Shown here: positions 43,085 to 52,703 of the stretch, piece after piece
Position numbering within the stretch: position 1 is the stretch's first letter
Layout: every line of letters starts with the position of its first letter
IMG/VR virus record: IMGVR_UViG_3300037418_002116
Length of the DNA: 64,000 nucleotides
Source of the DNA: a virus
Lineage: Duplodnaviria; Caudoviricetes
Direction: 5' to 3' (one strand)
The notes under the pieces: generated by a model
Databases searched by the model: none
Told to the model about the DNA's origin: nothing
The model's input: only the letters and a program-made list of their open reading frames with translations
Made by a program: the position numbers and the translations under genes

Positions 43085-43900
43085 ATGGAAGCCGAAACGC
43101 TTATTGAGCCGGTCGATTATTTCGCAGATATAAAGAACAAGTTGATTGAAGCCAAGAAAGACGATCTGGCCAAGCAAGTCGGCGTTCTGCAATCACAAAT
43201 CCTTCTAGCGAAGGAAATCGGCCAAACTGCCTTCCTCCACAAATTGTCCTTTGCCTATAGGACAATCGAACGTGAAATTCAAGCCATCGCTGGCGGATGG
43301 AATCATTATGTCCTCGAAAAGGACATCAAAACTTTCATCGACAAGGTGACGCCAAAGCACTCCGTCAAAATCATCGAATTGGAACGGTTCCCACGGGCAA
43401 TTCCGGTCACTGTGCTGGAAAAAATTAAAGTCGCCCAAGCAGCGAAAATTTTCGATAATTTCGTTGTGGTATTCACCGATTTCACCGGCATGACGAATGA
43501 GACGGTGCAGACGGAAGCTGAAAAGGCCGTTGTCGCTCGAAACAAAGACCCGATTGTATTCGGCTATTTTACATCGCCGGAATCGGGCATCCGCTATGAC
43601 AAGTTCTATTTCATAGACGACTGGATCGATGAATATTGCGATCTTGACTATTCCAAGATGATCGAAAAAATGACCGCTCTTGGAATCCAAAATCCAGACA
43701 GAGAATTGGCCATCGATCCGATCATGGTTTCCAACATCGTGGAATCGGTCATGAACGATATGATTGAAAAGGCCAAGCCACGTTGGGACAGAGACAATGG
43801 TGGAGTGACCGTTGTGGAGCGTCCGGTTGCACAGAAGGTTTCATTCTTTCAGAAGGTGAAAAACTTCATCGTTGAGAACGGCAAAATTGGTGCTGACTGA
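43085..43900 (+). CDS. Conserved phage hypothetical protein
   Basis: 271 aa; VVFTDF..DPIVFG..FYFIDDWIDEYCDL. Confidence 0.7.
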   Translation: MEAETLIEPVDYFADIKNKLIEAKKDDLAKQVGVLQSQILLAKEIGQTAFLHKLSFAYRTIEREIQAIAGGWNHYVLEKDIKTFIDKVTPKHSVKIIELERFPRAIPVTVLEKIKVAQAAKIFDNFVVVFTDFTGMTNETVQTEAEKAVVARNKDPIVFGYFTSPESGIRYDKFYFIDDWIDEYCDLDYSKMIEKMTALGIQNPDRELAIDPIMVSNIVESVMNDMIEKAKPRWDRDNGGVTVVERPVAQKVSFFQKVKNFIVENGKIGAD

Positions 43901-44394
43901 TGGCTGACAATCTCCCTAGCGAAATCGATCTTACATTGGGTCGGGAATTTTCAACGGATTTCCACGACAAATTTGAATCCGTGCGCCGGTATATCAATTT
44001 CGTCAAGGATGGCGGCGAATTTTGGGAATTCAACAACACCAGATTTCGTTCTTTGACACTAGAAGCCATCTATGGGGATTTTACGCCTCACCCGTGGACA
44101 GAGACAATTTTTCAGAAAGACATATGGAAAGCCGAGGAAGATCAAAACCAATGGCTTTCCACCTACAAAAAATTCTTTGGTTCTTTGCCAGCGTTAGCGC
44201 CGGGAGAGATGGCGGTCGAAGAAATCTATCATTACGAATTGTATGATGGAAACAATTGTGAATATTGCGATCGTCATATTGACTTGTTAAGAAAAAGCAA
44301 GTATCATGGAATGTGTAATTTCTGTTCAGAAGCAGAAGACTATAGACGAGTCGGCTTCTTTGCGGAAGCAGTGTCGGAATTTCCGCTGGAATAG
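43900..44394 (+). CDS. Hypothetical protein with C-terminal CxxC..CxxC
   Basis: CEYC..CNFC. Confidence 0.6.
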   Translation: MADNLPSEIDLTLGREFSTDFHDKFESVRRYINFVKDGGEFWEFNNTRFRSLTLEAIYGDFTPHPWTETIFQKDIWKAEEDQNQWLSTYKKFFGSLPALAPGEMAVEEIYHYELYDGNNCEYCDRHIDLLRKSKYHGMCNFCSEAEDYRRVGFFAEAVSEFPLE

Positions 44395-44418
44395 CGTGAA
44401 TTAGGTAAGGACTATAGA

Positions 44419-44829
44419 ATGGTAAGAGACAAAGCAGCTTCGTTCACCAAACTGTGTGGCAAACGAACGGCCCAAATCGTTAAGGAAGTGAATACGTTTG
44501 GAAATCTTTCCAACCCCTACAATTATGCATTCACCAAAGAGGCTGTTGATAAAGCCTTCGCAGAAATCAAGGCGGCTGTTGCTGATGCGGAAGCAAGATT
44601 CGCAAAAGGTTTGAGGGACCAACCGCTTGTTGGGACCGGTCGTCGGAAACAGACGGCTGTAGCAGAAACCACACCTGTGCAAAAGCGTTCCGAGGAACCG
44701 TCCGGTTCATCTGAATTGGCTGAAACCACTGTGTCGCTGGTGGACGAAGCATCCAAACAAGCACAACGTGAAGAAATGGAACGTATCGAGAAGGAAGACG
44801 TACCCGCCTTTCTGAAAAAGAAAGCTTAA
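44419..44829 (+). CDS. Hypothetical protein
   Basis: 136 aa; SD upstream, terminator downstream. Confidence 0.6.
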   Translation: MVRDKAASFTKLCGKRTAQIVKEVNTFGNLSNPYNYAFTKEAVDKAFAEIKAAVADAEARFAKGLRDQPLVGTGRRKQTAVAETTPVQKRSEEPSGSSELAETTVSLVDEASKQAQREEMERIEKEDVPAFLKKKA

Positions 44830-44868
44830 TGCACGACCACGCTATTTCTTAGATTCGCATACATTTCG

Positions 44869-44906
44869 AGGGGTTCACTGGCAAAAGCTGGTGAGCCCCT
44901 TTTTTT
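44869..44906 (+). terminator. Intrinsic terminator
   Basis: AGGGGTTCAC..GTGAGCCCC-TTTTTTT. Confidence 0.8.
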
Positions 44907-44948
44907 CATAAATAAAAGAATAATAACTCCAAATAAGGGAACCAATAT

Positions 44949-45686
44949 TTGTTCAAATTTATAAAGGTAATTGGGGTTATTGCCTCGATTGCTGTCCTCT
45001 CAACTGCTTGCATATCTTACAAATATCATCATAATTCAATTAGTATTGTGCAAAACGACACGAATACCGTGATGATTGGCAATAAAATGTCCAAAAAAAA
45101 TCCAAAGACAAATGAAATGGAAGAAGGAACCGCCGCTGGCGCTGGCGTTCTTATTGATTCCACACATGTTATAACCGTCATGCATTTGCTTGACGAAGAT
45201 GGTTCGGCACCAGATATCACCATCACTACAAAAGATGGCAGAGAAATCCATGCTACTGTTATCGATACCGATAAAATCAACGATTTGATGGTATTGAAAC
45301 TCGATTCCTCTGTATCTGTCGATGTAACCACTCGATTCTCTTGTGTCAAGCCTACAGAGCTTGGTCGTTCTATCTATACCATCGGCCAACCAAATGGTTG
45401 GGAAAGAATGGTGACATTTGGATGGCTTTCTGTAGTCCAAATTCCAGATGGAAAAGATCATCCACATATTCCACAATGGATTGCCAATTTGGCCGCATTT
45501 CACGGTAATTCTGGTGGAGGAACCTTTGACAACATCACCGGTGCTGTCATCGGCATCACAGATGCAATTGCCTACTGGCGTGATGAATTCGGAACACATC
45601 CCGGCCCACTCACGCTGATGGTCGATCCGGCTGCAATGTGCGGAATCATGGCCAAAAATAATATCGATTTTAAGAAATCGAAATAA
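44949..45686 (+). CDS. Trypsin-like serine protease with N-terminal signal
   Basis: His (VITVMHL), Asp (NDLMVL), Ser (GNSGGG); TAAATA at 44909. Confidence 0.85.
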   Translation: MFKFIKVIGVIASIAVLSTACISYKYHHNSISIVQNDTNTVMIGNKMSKKNPKTNEMEEGTAAGAGVLIDSTHVITVMHLLDEDGSAPDITITTKDGREIHATVIDTDKINDLMVLKLDSSVSVDVTTRFSCVKPTELGRSIYTIGQPNGWERMVTFGWLSVVQIPDGKDHPHIPQWIANLAAFHGNSGGGTFDNITGAVIGITDAIAYWRDEFGTHPGPLTLMVDPAAMCGIMAKNNIDFKKSK

Positions 45687-45698
45687 TTAAAATTTCTG

Positions 45699-45727
45699 TT
45701 GACTCCCTCCAAAGAGTGATCTATATA
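45699..45727 (+). promoter_or_regulatory. Sigma70-type promoter, rhizobial consensus
   Basis: GTTGAC-N18-CTATAT (TTGACT-N17-TATATA). Confidence 0.75.
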
Positions 45728-45756
45728 TAGGTTAGGTTTTGAGAGGGAGTTAAGGA

Positions 45757-45948
45757 ATGTATCTCGCACCTGTGGTTGTTTCCAAAAACGAACACAATGT
45801 GTACAAGGTGGAATTCGAAACCGGTAATCGCCTTCGTTCTCTGGTCGATGACGGTTCGGATCGACTGAATCAGGCGGAAGCCCGCTCGCTGGTTCGCATT
45901 CTGGAAAACGCCGGTCACCAAGCTGTCTGGCTTGTGGAAGGCGAATAG
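45757..45948 (+). CDS. Hypothetical early protein
   Basis: 63 aa; AAGGA SD. Confidence 0.6.
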   Translation: MYLAPVVVSKNEHNVYKVEFETGNRLRSLVDDGSDRLNQAEARSLVRILENAGHQAVWLVEGE

Positions 45949-46027
45949 GACAAGGATTTCAACAATGACCAAGAAAGACCCACGTTTCTCCGTCGATTAA
46001 GCTGGTTTAGCTTAATGGAGAAACAAT

Positions 46028-46579
46028 ATGACCATCACTGTCAAAGCCTATAATGGACAGGCTTGGACCTTCGATTCTATTGACGACGCTGTTGTCAAGA
46101 TCAATCGTTCTTACCCTATCGAAAAGCTTTCCCGTGGCGTTCTTAGCTATTGGGTACAGTCGAACGTTTTTGGCCGTGGATTCAGCTTCGGCAATGGCGA
46201 CGATGTGGTTTTCTATGACGAATACGATCTTCGCATTCCTGTGTGGAAGGTCAAGGAAGCTTTCTATAACCTTCCCGAGGAAGTTCGGGAGACTAAATAT
46301 TATTACTGGCGCTCTCCGAAGGCTCATGCCAAGCCGGAACATTTTCGAAAATATTCTGTTCCGTACACTGGCGTCCGTCACTGGCGGCGTGGCGGTCGCC
46401 GTATTCGCACGTTGCAACAGTTGAAGGCCGAAGAAGCTTTGGCGTTGGATGAAGAGGCAATCGAACACAATGTCAAGCCCCGTAAAAAATATATCCCCAA
46501 TGATCGTGACGATCACATCGTCTATGTCCCTCGCACAAAAAACTGGAAAAAGTTTCGTAAAAGTCAATGGAAGGCTTGA
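46028..46579 (+). CDS. Hypothetical basic protein
   Basis: 183 aa; GGAG SD; Arg/Lys-rich C-terminus. Confidence 0.65.
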   Translation: MTITVKAYNGQAWTFDSIDDAVVKINRSYPIEKLSRGVLSYWVQSNVFGRGFSFGNGDDVVFYDEYDLRIPVWKVKEAFYNLPEEVRETKYYYWRSPKAHAKPEHFRKYSVPYTGVRHWRRGGRRIRTLQQLKAEEALALDEEAIEHNVKPRKKYIPNDRDDHIVYVPRTKNWKKFRKSQWKA

Positions 46580-46720
46580 CGGGAAAAACGAATCCTTTAC
46601 AAGGGTTCTCGTCGGTGTTCCTTCCCCGCCACCCCCCGTGCCCGAGGGCACCGATGCAGTGACGTTAGTACCGTTGTTCAAACGATTGGAACACGTCACT
46701 GCCCTGAATTCAAGGTGACT
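46579..46720 (+). ncRNA. GC-rich multi-hairpin intergenic RNA candidate
   Basis: GAATCCTT/AAGGGTTC; TCGGTG/CACCGA around a C-rich loop; GCAGTGACGT/ACGTCACTGC. Confidence 0.45.
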
Positions 46721-46721
46721 C

Positions 46722-46892
46722 ATGACGGATGTACAAATCGCTGAACTTCTGAAAACCAGAAAAGGTAGAATTTTCTTCTACATCTGGTATGCGATTGCAT
46801 TCGTGTATGAATACCGGTTGAGAATACTCTTGACTCTGGCTATGATAGTCAGTATCAGTGTGTTCTGTTATCTGTGTGAGAATTATTGGTGA
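46722..46892 (+). CDS. Small membrane protein (56 aa)
   Basis: AAGGTGA SD; two hydrophobic stretches. Confidence 0.5.
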   Translation: MTDVQIAELLKTRKGRIFFYIWYAIAFVYEYRLRILLTLAMIVSISVFCYLCENYW

Positions 46893-46993
46893 TGGGAGTA
46901 TTTAACACTATCATCAATTTTCTCAATGAACATTGGGTTTTGGCTTTCATCATTTGGGCATCGCTCTTATGGATAGCAAAACCTATCTGGTAA
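46892..46993 (+). CDS. Small membrane peptide (33 aa)
   Basis: TGATG coupling; MGVFNTIINFLNEHWVLAFIIW. Confidence 0.45.
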   Translation: MGVFNTIINFLNEHWVLAFIIWASLLWIAKPIW

Positions 46994-47106
46994 CCCGGCA
47001 TTTCTGAAACGATAGGAAATGCAACACGGTCGATTGGTTTTTGAGGGTACGCCCGGCCACCAAGAGATTACTAATTGATTCGTGAGGGGATAGAAAAGGT
47101 CGGGCA

Positions 47107-47310
47107 ATGAAATTTTCCATGCGCCATAAAATATTTGAGAATACGATTCGAGAATTTGACGAAAATACCGCACCAGATTGGTTGACGAGCAAGAATACGG
47201 TCAAAGGCTCGACTATGGATGATCGTTGGTTCTGGAATGAGCATGTTTTGACTTTGGAAATTGGTGAGACAGTTCACACCGACTTTCAGGAAATCACAAG
47301 AATCGAATGA
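47107..47310 (+). CDS. Hypothetical protein
   Basis: 67 aa. Confidence 0.55.
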   Translation: MKFSMRHKIFENTIREFDENTAPDWLTSKNTVKGSTMDDRWFWNEHVLTLEIGETVHTDFQEITRIE

Positions 47311-47624
47311 CCTACAAGCTGTTTTTGGATGATGAACGAAATCCTGTCACACCTATTGATTGGAAAATTGCCCGGTCCTTCGAAGAAGCTTGTCGGCTTT
47401 TTGAAGAGTTCGGAGCGCCATCATTCATCAGCTTTGACCATGATCTTGGACAATCGCTTAGCGGTTTCGACTTCGCCAAATGGATTGTGGATAAGGATCA
47501 AGATCAAAACTTCCTGACAGAGGATTTCGATTATTACGTTCATTCCCAAAACCCTATTGGGAAACAGAACATCGAAGGACTCTTGAATTCTTATTTGAGG
47601 CAGAAGTTCGATGATAAATTTTGA
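47307..47624 (+). CDS. Cyclic-phosphate-processing receiver domain protein
   Basis: LFLDDER; ISFDHDLG; HSQNPIG. Confidence 0.8.
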   Translation: MTYKLFLDDERNPVTPIDWKIARSFEEACRLFEEFGAPSFISFDHDLGQSLSGFDFAKWIVDKDQDQNFLTEDFDYYVHSQNPIGKQNIEGLLNSYLRQKFDDKF

Positions 47625-47778
47625 GAAGTGTAAGCCTGATTGCCCCGAATGCGGCGGCAATGGTTTTATTGGTGGAGATACGCAATCTCTATGGGCTTGT
47701 ACAATTGCAGTGAGGCGACATCGAAAAGCGATTGATGCCGAAATGAAAAAGGGAGCCCAAAAGCTCCCCAATTCTTAG
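47611..47778 (+). CDS. Small Cys-rich protein
   Basis: Manual ORF MINFEKCKPDCPECGGNG. Confidence 0.45.
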   Translation: MINFEKCKPDCPECGGNGFIGGDTQSLWACTIAVRRHRKAIDAEMKKGAQKLPNS

Positions 47779-47906
47779 TTAGCTGGCTGTGAGCTATTGC
47801 CACCGGCATGGTCGCCAACGGCAGGAACATCAACTGGACCATTGCCACAAGCGGCAACAGATACACCAACGATTACAAGCATAATTGCTGCGATTACAGT
47901 TTTCAT
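47775..47906 (-). CDS. Small late lipoprotein (43 aa)
   Basis: MKTVIAAIMLVIVGVSVAAC lipobox; GAGG SD; TATAAATA at 47962-47955. Confidence 0.65.
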   Translation of the reverse strand: MKTVIAAIMLVIVGVSVAACGNGPVDVPAVGDHAGGNSSQPAN

Positions 47907-47983
47907 CTAAGTTTACCCTCTTTGGTTGTGTTGTGACGATCTATTCGTCTGTTCTATTTATAAAAAATGTTAAGCGAGAAAAT

Positions 47984-48223
47984 ATGACTTTGTATAGTGT
48001 TCTCATTCGTGCAACGAATGATCCCGATAAAGTAAAGCTTTTTGTCTTTGATTTTGAACCTTCAAAAGAAACTATAGAAAAAGCATTGGATGAATGCGAA
48101 CTGGTGTTTGGCAAAAATCTAACTGGCTATAGTTTTAGCGGTACACTAATTAAGCGTAGTGACACAGACGAACCGCCAGAGATTAAGTTCTTTGATGGTT
48201 TCAACAAGTTTAATCGATCTTGA
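47984..48223 (+). CDS. Hypothetical protein
   Basis: Start MTLYSVLIR. Confidence 0.5.
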   Translation: MTLYSVLIRATNDPDKVKLFVFDFEPSKETIEKALDECELVFGKNLTGYSFSGTLIKRSDTDEPPEIKFFDGFNKFNRS

Positions 48224-48929
48224 CGGCTTTGTAGCCTTTGGAATGGCCATAGGTAATTAGATTGCCGTGTCTTACGCCATTGGCTTTGCTCCATGCTGTA
48301 AGATTGGTTATTTCCTCTTGGCGTCCATCTGGATATGTGACAAGCCATTTTGAAGCCATAGATTTGGAAATTTTATTTTTCCATTCTTCCGAGTGCTTTT
48401 TGCCTCGATTGGCTTCATGCATCTTGGCGGCATTTTCTCGATTAGTATCAATGCGAGTGGCAGCGGATTCACGCAACTTTTCTTTGGTTTCATTCGACAT
48501 TGCCTTACCCTTATTCCAAGGGACGTAATCTTTCTTCGCTTCACGCATTTTCTGCTTGGCTTCCTCTGTGTGTTTCTTACCATAGAATGGATTATCTGGA
48601 CCGGAGAATGAAGGCGGGCGACAATCGATAAGATGGTTCAAAAGGATACCGTGATAATCATAATTCAGACGCCCATATGTTTGAATTAATTCAGCTTCTA
48701 TATCATATGCGGTGCTTTCTTCAAGATTATCATGAAGAATTTTTATTTCTGGGTCTTTGCCGTATAGCTTTCGAATCTTGGCTATTCTGCCGTTCAGTCG
48801 TTTGTTATGGCAATACTCTGGTTTGTCAGTCAGATGTTGTTTGTATCGGTTTCCGGTCCCTTTGCCGATGTATAATGGTCTATCGGAGTTCGGATCGATT
48901 ATAGCGTATACGTAATATTTGTTTGTCAT
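48210..48929 (-). mobile_element. Free-standing GIY-YIG homing endonuclease with NUMOD3 repeats
   Basis: YYVYAIID..LYIGKGTGNR; NPFYGKKHTEEAKQKM; TAAATA at 48960-48955. Confidence 0.85.
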
Positions 48930-48964
48930 AGGGTTCCTTGTGGATTACTATGACTATTTAGCTC

Positions 48965-48994
48965 AAAAATAAAGGGAACCGGAGTTCCCTTTAT
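48965..48994 (-). terminator. Terminator after gp23
   Basis: ATAAAGGGAAC-TCCG-GTTCCCTTTAT-TTTT. Confidence 0.85.
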
Positions 48995-49017
48995 GATTTT
49001 CTGTGTTAAACTTAGTT

Positions 49018-50388
49018 TTACACAAGATTTTTTACGACAAAACCACGATAGTAGCTGTTTTTCTTGTTTACGTGAATTGCGCCGTCCGCAGCCGAAGTAG
49101 CGAATGGGTGAGCAACCATACCGTAACGTGTCTTGAAGCCGATCTTAGGCTGGAAAGTATCCTGACCAACTGCACGGTACATCTGTAGAGGGATGTATGG
49201 GCAGTAGAACATACCGGCGTCGAATGACGAAGTACCCTTGTAACCAACTACGGCAATCTGGTTGCCCGCAGAAGAGTTTGCATATGGATCAATGTAAACC
49301 TTGTACTGGCCGAATAGAGTACCAGCGAAGGTGTTACCTGTGTCGTCAACTTCAAGAGTTTCCTTCTGCATTGCCGACTGGTAGTCGAGATAGCCAGCCA
49401 TACGGAAGGCAGATGCTACGTCAGAAGAGCAGAGAACGAAGTTACCCTTACCACGACGGGTTGCCTTGGCAATAGCGTTAGCTTCACGTTCAATCTGGAA
49501 TAGAAGACCCTTGAACTTTTCAACCATCCAACGACCGTTCGAGTCAACGTCCAAGTCGTAATAACCAGCGGTTGCTACGTTGTCCTGTGCACCGATTGTG
49601 GCAGTTGCATAGATCGAACGAATAACTTGACGGTTGATTTCGGCAAGAATTTCTGATGACAGAATGTTTGACAATTCTGTTTCAGCGTCCAAACCGTGCA
49701 CGGCCTTCAAGTCCTGTGCAAGTTCGTGTGAGTATTCAGCCTTCAAAGCACGGGACATTGCTGTTACCGAAATCTTTTCGATGCTGAATGACATTTCTTG
49801 GAACGCATTCTTTGAACCGTCGCCAAGAGCTTCGGCAGCGTTACGTGTCATACCAGTTGCGAAGGTGTAGGCAGTGTTACCAGTTGTGATCAACAACGTT
49901 GGGTCTGTACCTGTCTGAACACCACCAACGGCGGTTACAGAGGCAGTGTTACCAGCCGCAGAAGCAGACCAGTTAGTCTGTGGTTCATTGAAGAGAGCTT
50001 CTGTACCTGTCTGATTCTGGTAGCGAGAACGCAACGCAAAGATCAAACCGGTTGGAAGTGTCATTGGCTGAACGCCGCACAGATCGTAAGCGATCAAGTT
50101 TGGCATCGAACGACGGATCAACGAAATCAACACAGGGTCATAAGTATCGATAGCACCGTCAGATGCGTTCGATGACGAATTACCCATAGAGTTTGTTGGA
50201 GCCGCTTCAAGCAAGTAAGTCAAAGACTGAGTCTTGTCACGGGCAACCGTTTCCATGTTTGCCTTCAACTGGTTTTCCAGAAGAATCGCAACAGTCGAAC
50301 GACGATGCGAATCTCTGATCTTTGGAAGGTCTTCATGGTCAAGGACCGGAGCCCACTTTTCCATCAATGTATTGATATCGTATTCCAT
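49018..50388 (-). CDS. 23: Major capsid protein (gp23)
   Basis: LISLIRRSMPNLIAYDLCGVQPM..SRALKAEYS..FYCPYIPL..FQPKIGFKTRYG. Confidence 0.98.
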   Translation of the reverse strand: MEYDINTLMEKWAPVLDHEDLPKIRDSHRRSTVAILLENQLKANMETVARDKTQSLTYLLEAAPTNSMGNSSSNASDGAIDTYDPVLISLIRRSMPNLIAYDLCGVQPMTLPTGLIFALRSRYQNQTGTEALFNEPQTNWSASAAGNTASVTAVGGVQTGTDPTLLITTGNTAYTFATGMTRNAAEALGDGSKNAFQEMSFSIEKISVTAMSRALKAEYSHELAQDLKAVHGLDAETELSNILSSEILAEINRQVIRSIYATATIGAQDNVATAGYYDLDVDSNGRWMVEKFKGLLFQIEREANAIAKATRRGKGNFVLCSSDVASAFRMAGYLDYQSAMQKETLEVDDTGNTFAGTLFGQYKVYIDPYANSSAGNQIAVVGYKGTSSFDAGMFYCPYIPLQMYRAVGQDTFQPKIGFKTRYGMVAHPFATSAADGAIHVNKKNSYYRGFVVKNLV

Positions 50389-50433
50389 TTTTACTTTAAT
50401 CTCCTGTTAGGAATTCTTTAATATATTTAGCAA

Positions 50434-51693
50434 TTAGCGATTTTTACGAAGATTCTTGGTCATCATAGAAGCAATTGCCTGTCCAACTGGATTTACATCC
50501 TTAGCTGTCGAAGCATCTACTTCTTCTGTAATAACAACTGGTTCATCGTCGGCGTCGATAGAAGTCTTCTTTACATCCTTAGCGAAGTAAGATTCTTTCA
50601 AGTCTTTAATCTGACTTACGAAGTCTTCTTCATCTTCGAATTCGATGCCTTCTGCGAGCATAACTAGACGTTCTTTCTGATTTGCAGAAAGACCATCTAC
50701 ATGTTCCATCACCAATGCAGTTTTCTTTGATTCATTAAGTTCGTTTGCGAGAGCAACGTTCTTATTGATTTCTTCGTCAAGAGAAGCTTCAAGTGTTCCA
50801 ACACGGGAAACAAGTTCTTCAACAATGTCTACTTTGTCATCTGGGATTTCAATGTAGTGTTCTTCGAAGAGATTCTTCAAACCAACTAGGAATGATTCAG
50901 CGATTTCTGTACGAACGTTCGACTGAATTTCAACCTTATTTTCTTCAAGCCATTCAGAAACAACCTTATCAAGGTAGTCGTCCATCTTTTCTACAAGATT
51001 TTCAACGAATACTTCCTGATCCTTTTCATTCTGTTCAAGAATCTGGTCCACTACTTCCGAAATAACTTCGTTAGCAGCCGCAATAACAGCGGTTTCGAAA
51101 ATGTTCTTTGTCTTTTCCTTGAACGATTCAGTCAAATCTTCCTTGCCGAGCAAAGCAGCAAGGTGTTCAGAGATATCCAAGTCTTCCTTGGTTACCTTAC
51201 GAACTTTGATATCGACTTCCTGACCGCCCTTGTCGTCATCGCTCGAATCGTCGTCTGAATCATCTGAGTCAGAGTCGTCATCGCCACCAGCGGCATCGGC
51301 AGGCTTCTTAAGCTTGGTGATCTTACCGGCGTTGTTGTCGTCGGCCTGATTGTCGTTGTCGTCATCAACATCATCGTTCATGTCTTCATCGGCAGCTTCA
51401 CCAATGACAGAAGCCTTATCCTTCTGCTTGAACTTCTTATGGTTGATGTCTTTCTGATTGTCGTTCTTGGCCTTATCAATGCCAGCTTCGATCTTCGAAT
51501 TGTCGGCAGAGACGTTATCAACGTCGCCGGGAAGGTCTGGACCGGTCTTCTTAAGGTCTTTCTTCGTAGGAACGTTCTTACGCTTGTCGAAAACAACGTC
51601 TGGAACTTCCGAAGTTTTGTCGTCTGACTTGAACGCTTCTTCAAGAGCCTTTTCTTTTACTGACTTTTTGATTTCATTCAAAAGCTTTGACAT
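50434..51693 (-). CDS. 22: Prohead scaffold/core protein (gp22)
   Basis: Acidic; FKEKTKNIFETAV; LKNLFEEHYIEIP. Confidence 0.92.
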   Translation of the reverse strand: MSKLLNEIKKSVKEKALEEAFKSDDKTSEVPDVVFDKRKNVPTKKDLKKTGPDLPGDVDNVSADNSKIEAGIDKAKNDNQKDINHKKFKQKDKASVIGEAADEDMNDDVDDDNDNQADDNNAGKITKLKKPADAAGGDDDSDSDDSDDDSSDDDKGGQEVDIKVRKVTKEDLDISEHLAALLGKEDLTESFKEKTKNIFETAVIAAANEVISEVVDQILEQNEKDQEVFVENLVEKMDDYLDKVVSEWLEENKVEIQSNVRTEIAESFLVGLKNLFEEHYIEIPDDKVDIVEELVSRVGTLEASLDEEINKNVALANELNESKKTALVMEHVDGLSANQKERLVMLAEGIEFEDEEDFVSQIKDLKESYFAKDVKKTSIDADDEPVVITEEVDASTAKDVNPVGQAIASMMTKNLRKNR

Positions 51694-51762
51694 GTTAACT
51701 GTATTCTCCTAGAGAGTTATAATTTCTTGTTTTATTTAGCAAATGGAGTATTTTGACAGTTA

Positions 51763-52404
51763 TTATGCCAAATACTTACGGAACGCTTTTAGGAACTGCG
51801 CTTCACGCAATTCTCTATCTTTCACGCTCTTTACAATCTCGATTTCTTCTACAAGTTGTTCTTTCTTGCGCCATTCTAGACCGTCGAAAATCCATTCGAC
51901 GTTTTCAACTAGAGACTCAACGAAACAACCCGGTCCCGATGGTTCAGCCACGATATCGACTGTCATCAATTTGAAATCCGGCTGAACAACCTTCATGCCG
52001 TTCGATTCTTTGATCGAACCAAGGCCACGGCTGGACACACCAAGGCGAATACCTTCGTCCAAAAAGGTCTTTGCGATCTTGCCGCATGGGGTATCGAGAA
52101 TCTTAGCTTTACCGAAAACAACGTTTTCGTTCATGCTCAAAGCAGTGATGATGTGAGATACACGGTCGAGATTGAGCGTTGGATTGGATGGATGGCCAAG
52201 TTCGCCCATGGCACGGTTTTCAGAGATAATCTGTGAATAACGGCCCAATTCATTTTCAAGAACAGAGCGGGGATAAACACGCTTGTTTCCATTCAAAGTT
52301 TCAGCAACCATGAATGGACCTTTGATAAAGTATTGCTTGATACCGTTCTTTTCTTCTGTCAGAAATTCAATTTGTTCGTCAAGTTCTTCTGTAAGTAGAA
52401 ACAT
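51763..52404 (-). CDS. 21: Prohead protease (gp21)
   Basis: NGNKRVYP; GELGHP; GVSSRGLGS. Confidence 0.96.
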   Translation of the reverse strand: MFLLTEELDEQIEFLTEEKNGIKQYFIKGPFMVAETLNGNKRVYPRSVLENELGRYSQIISENRAMGELGHPSNPTLNLDRVSHIITALSMNENVVFGKAKILDTPCGKIAKTFLDEGIRLGVSSRGLGSIKESNGMKVVQPDFKLMTVDIVAEPSGPGCFVESLVENVEWIFDGLEWRKKEQLVEEIEIVKSVKDRELREAQFLKAFRKYLA

Positions 52405-52409
52405 TCTTT

Positions 52410-52703
52410 TTATTGTTTAACCTCTTTTGTAGGCTTTTTCTTTTTGAAGCGGTCAAAAAGACCTTTCTTCTTTTCTTTTGGGAGAGAGGCTACTTTCTGG
52501 CCAAGTGCGTAGTTCTGTGAACCATGCCAATTAGTCAAATCCTGCCAATCCTGTTTAAAGCCTTCATTGAATACAGACTGTGCAGCAATTGCGTTCACAT
52601 CTTCTGCAATCTGTTCCAAAGCTTTTTCTTCAAGCTTAGATTTGATGGATTCCACAAAACTTGTTGGGGAACCTTCGTAAAGCTTCAATAGTTCATTTTT
52701 CAT
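52410..52703 (-). CDS. Prohead core protein (gp67/68-like position)
   Basis: TAATG-coupled start MKNELLKLYE; lies between 20 and 21. Confidence 0.6.
   Translation of the reverse strand: MKNELLKLYEGSPTSFVESIKSKLEEKALEQIAEDVNAIAAQSVFNEGFKQDWQDLTNWHGSQNYALGQKVASLPKEKKKGLFDRFKKKKPTKEVKQ

Noticed and set aside
17537-44949. Frequent TTG starts (41, uvsX, regA, 44, 45, 46, 55, uvsY)
   Set aside because: TTG is a standard bacterial start; noted only as context for the ATT/ATA cases
46007-46723. 238-aa minus-strand ORF with a poly-Gly run
   Set aside because: Antisense to 46028-46579; the Gly run is the complement of the C-rich hairpin loop
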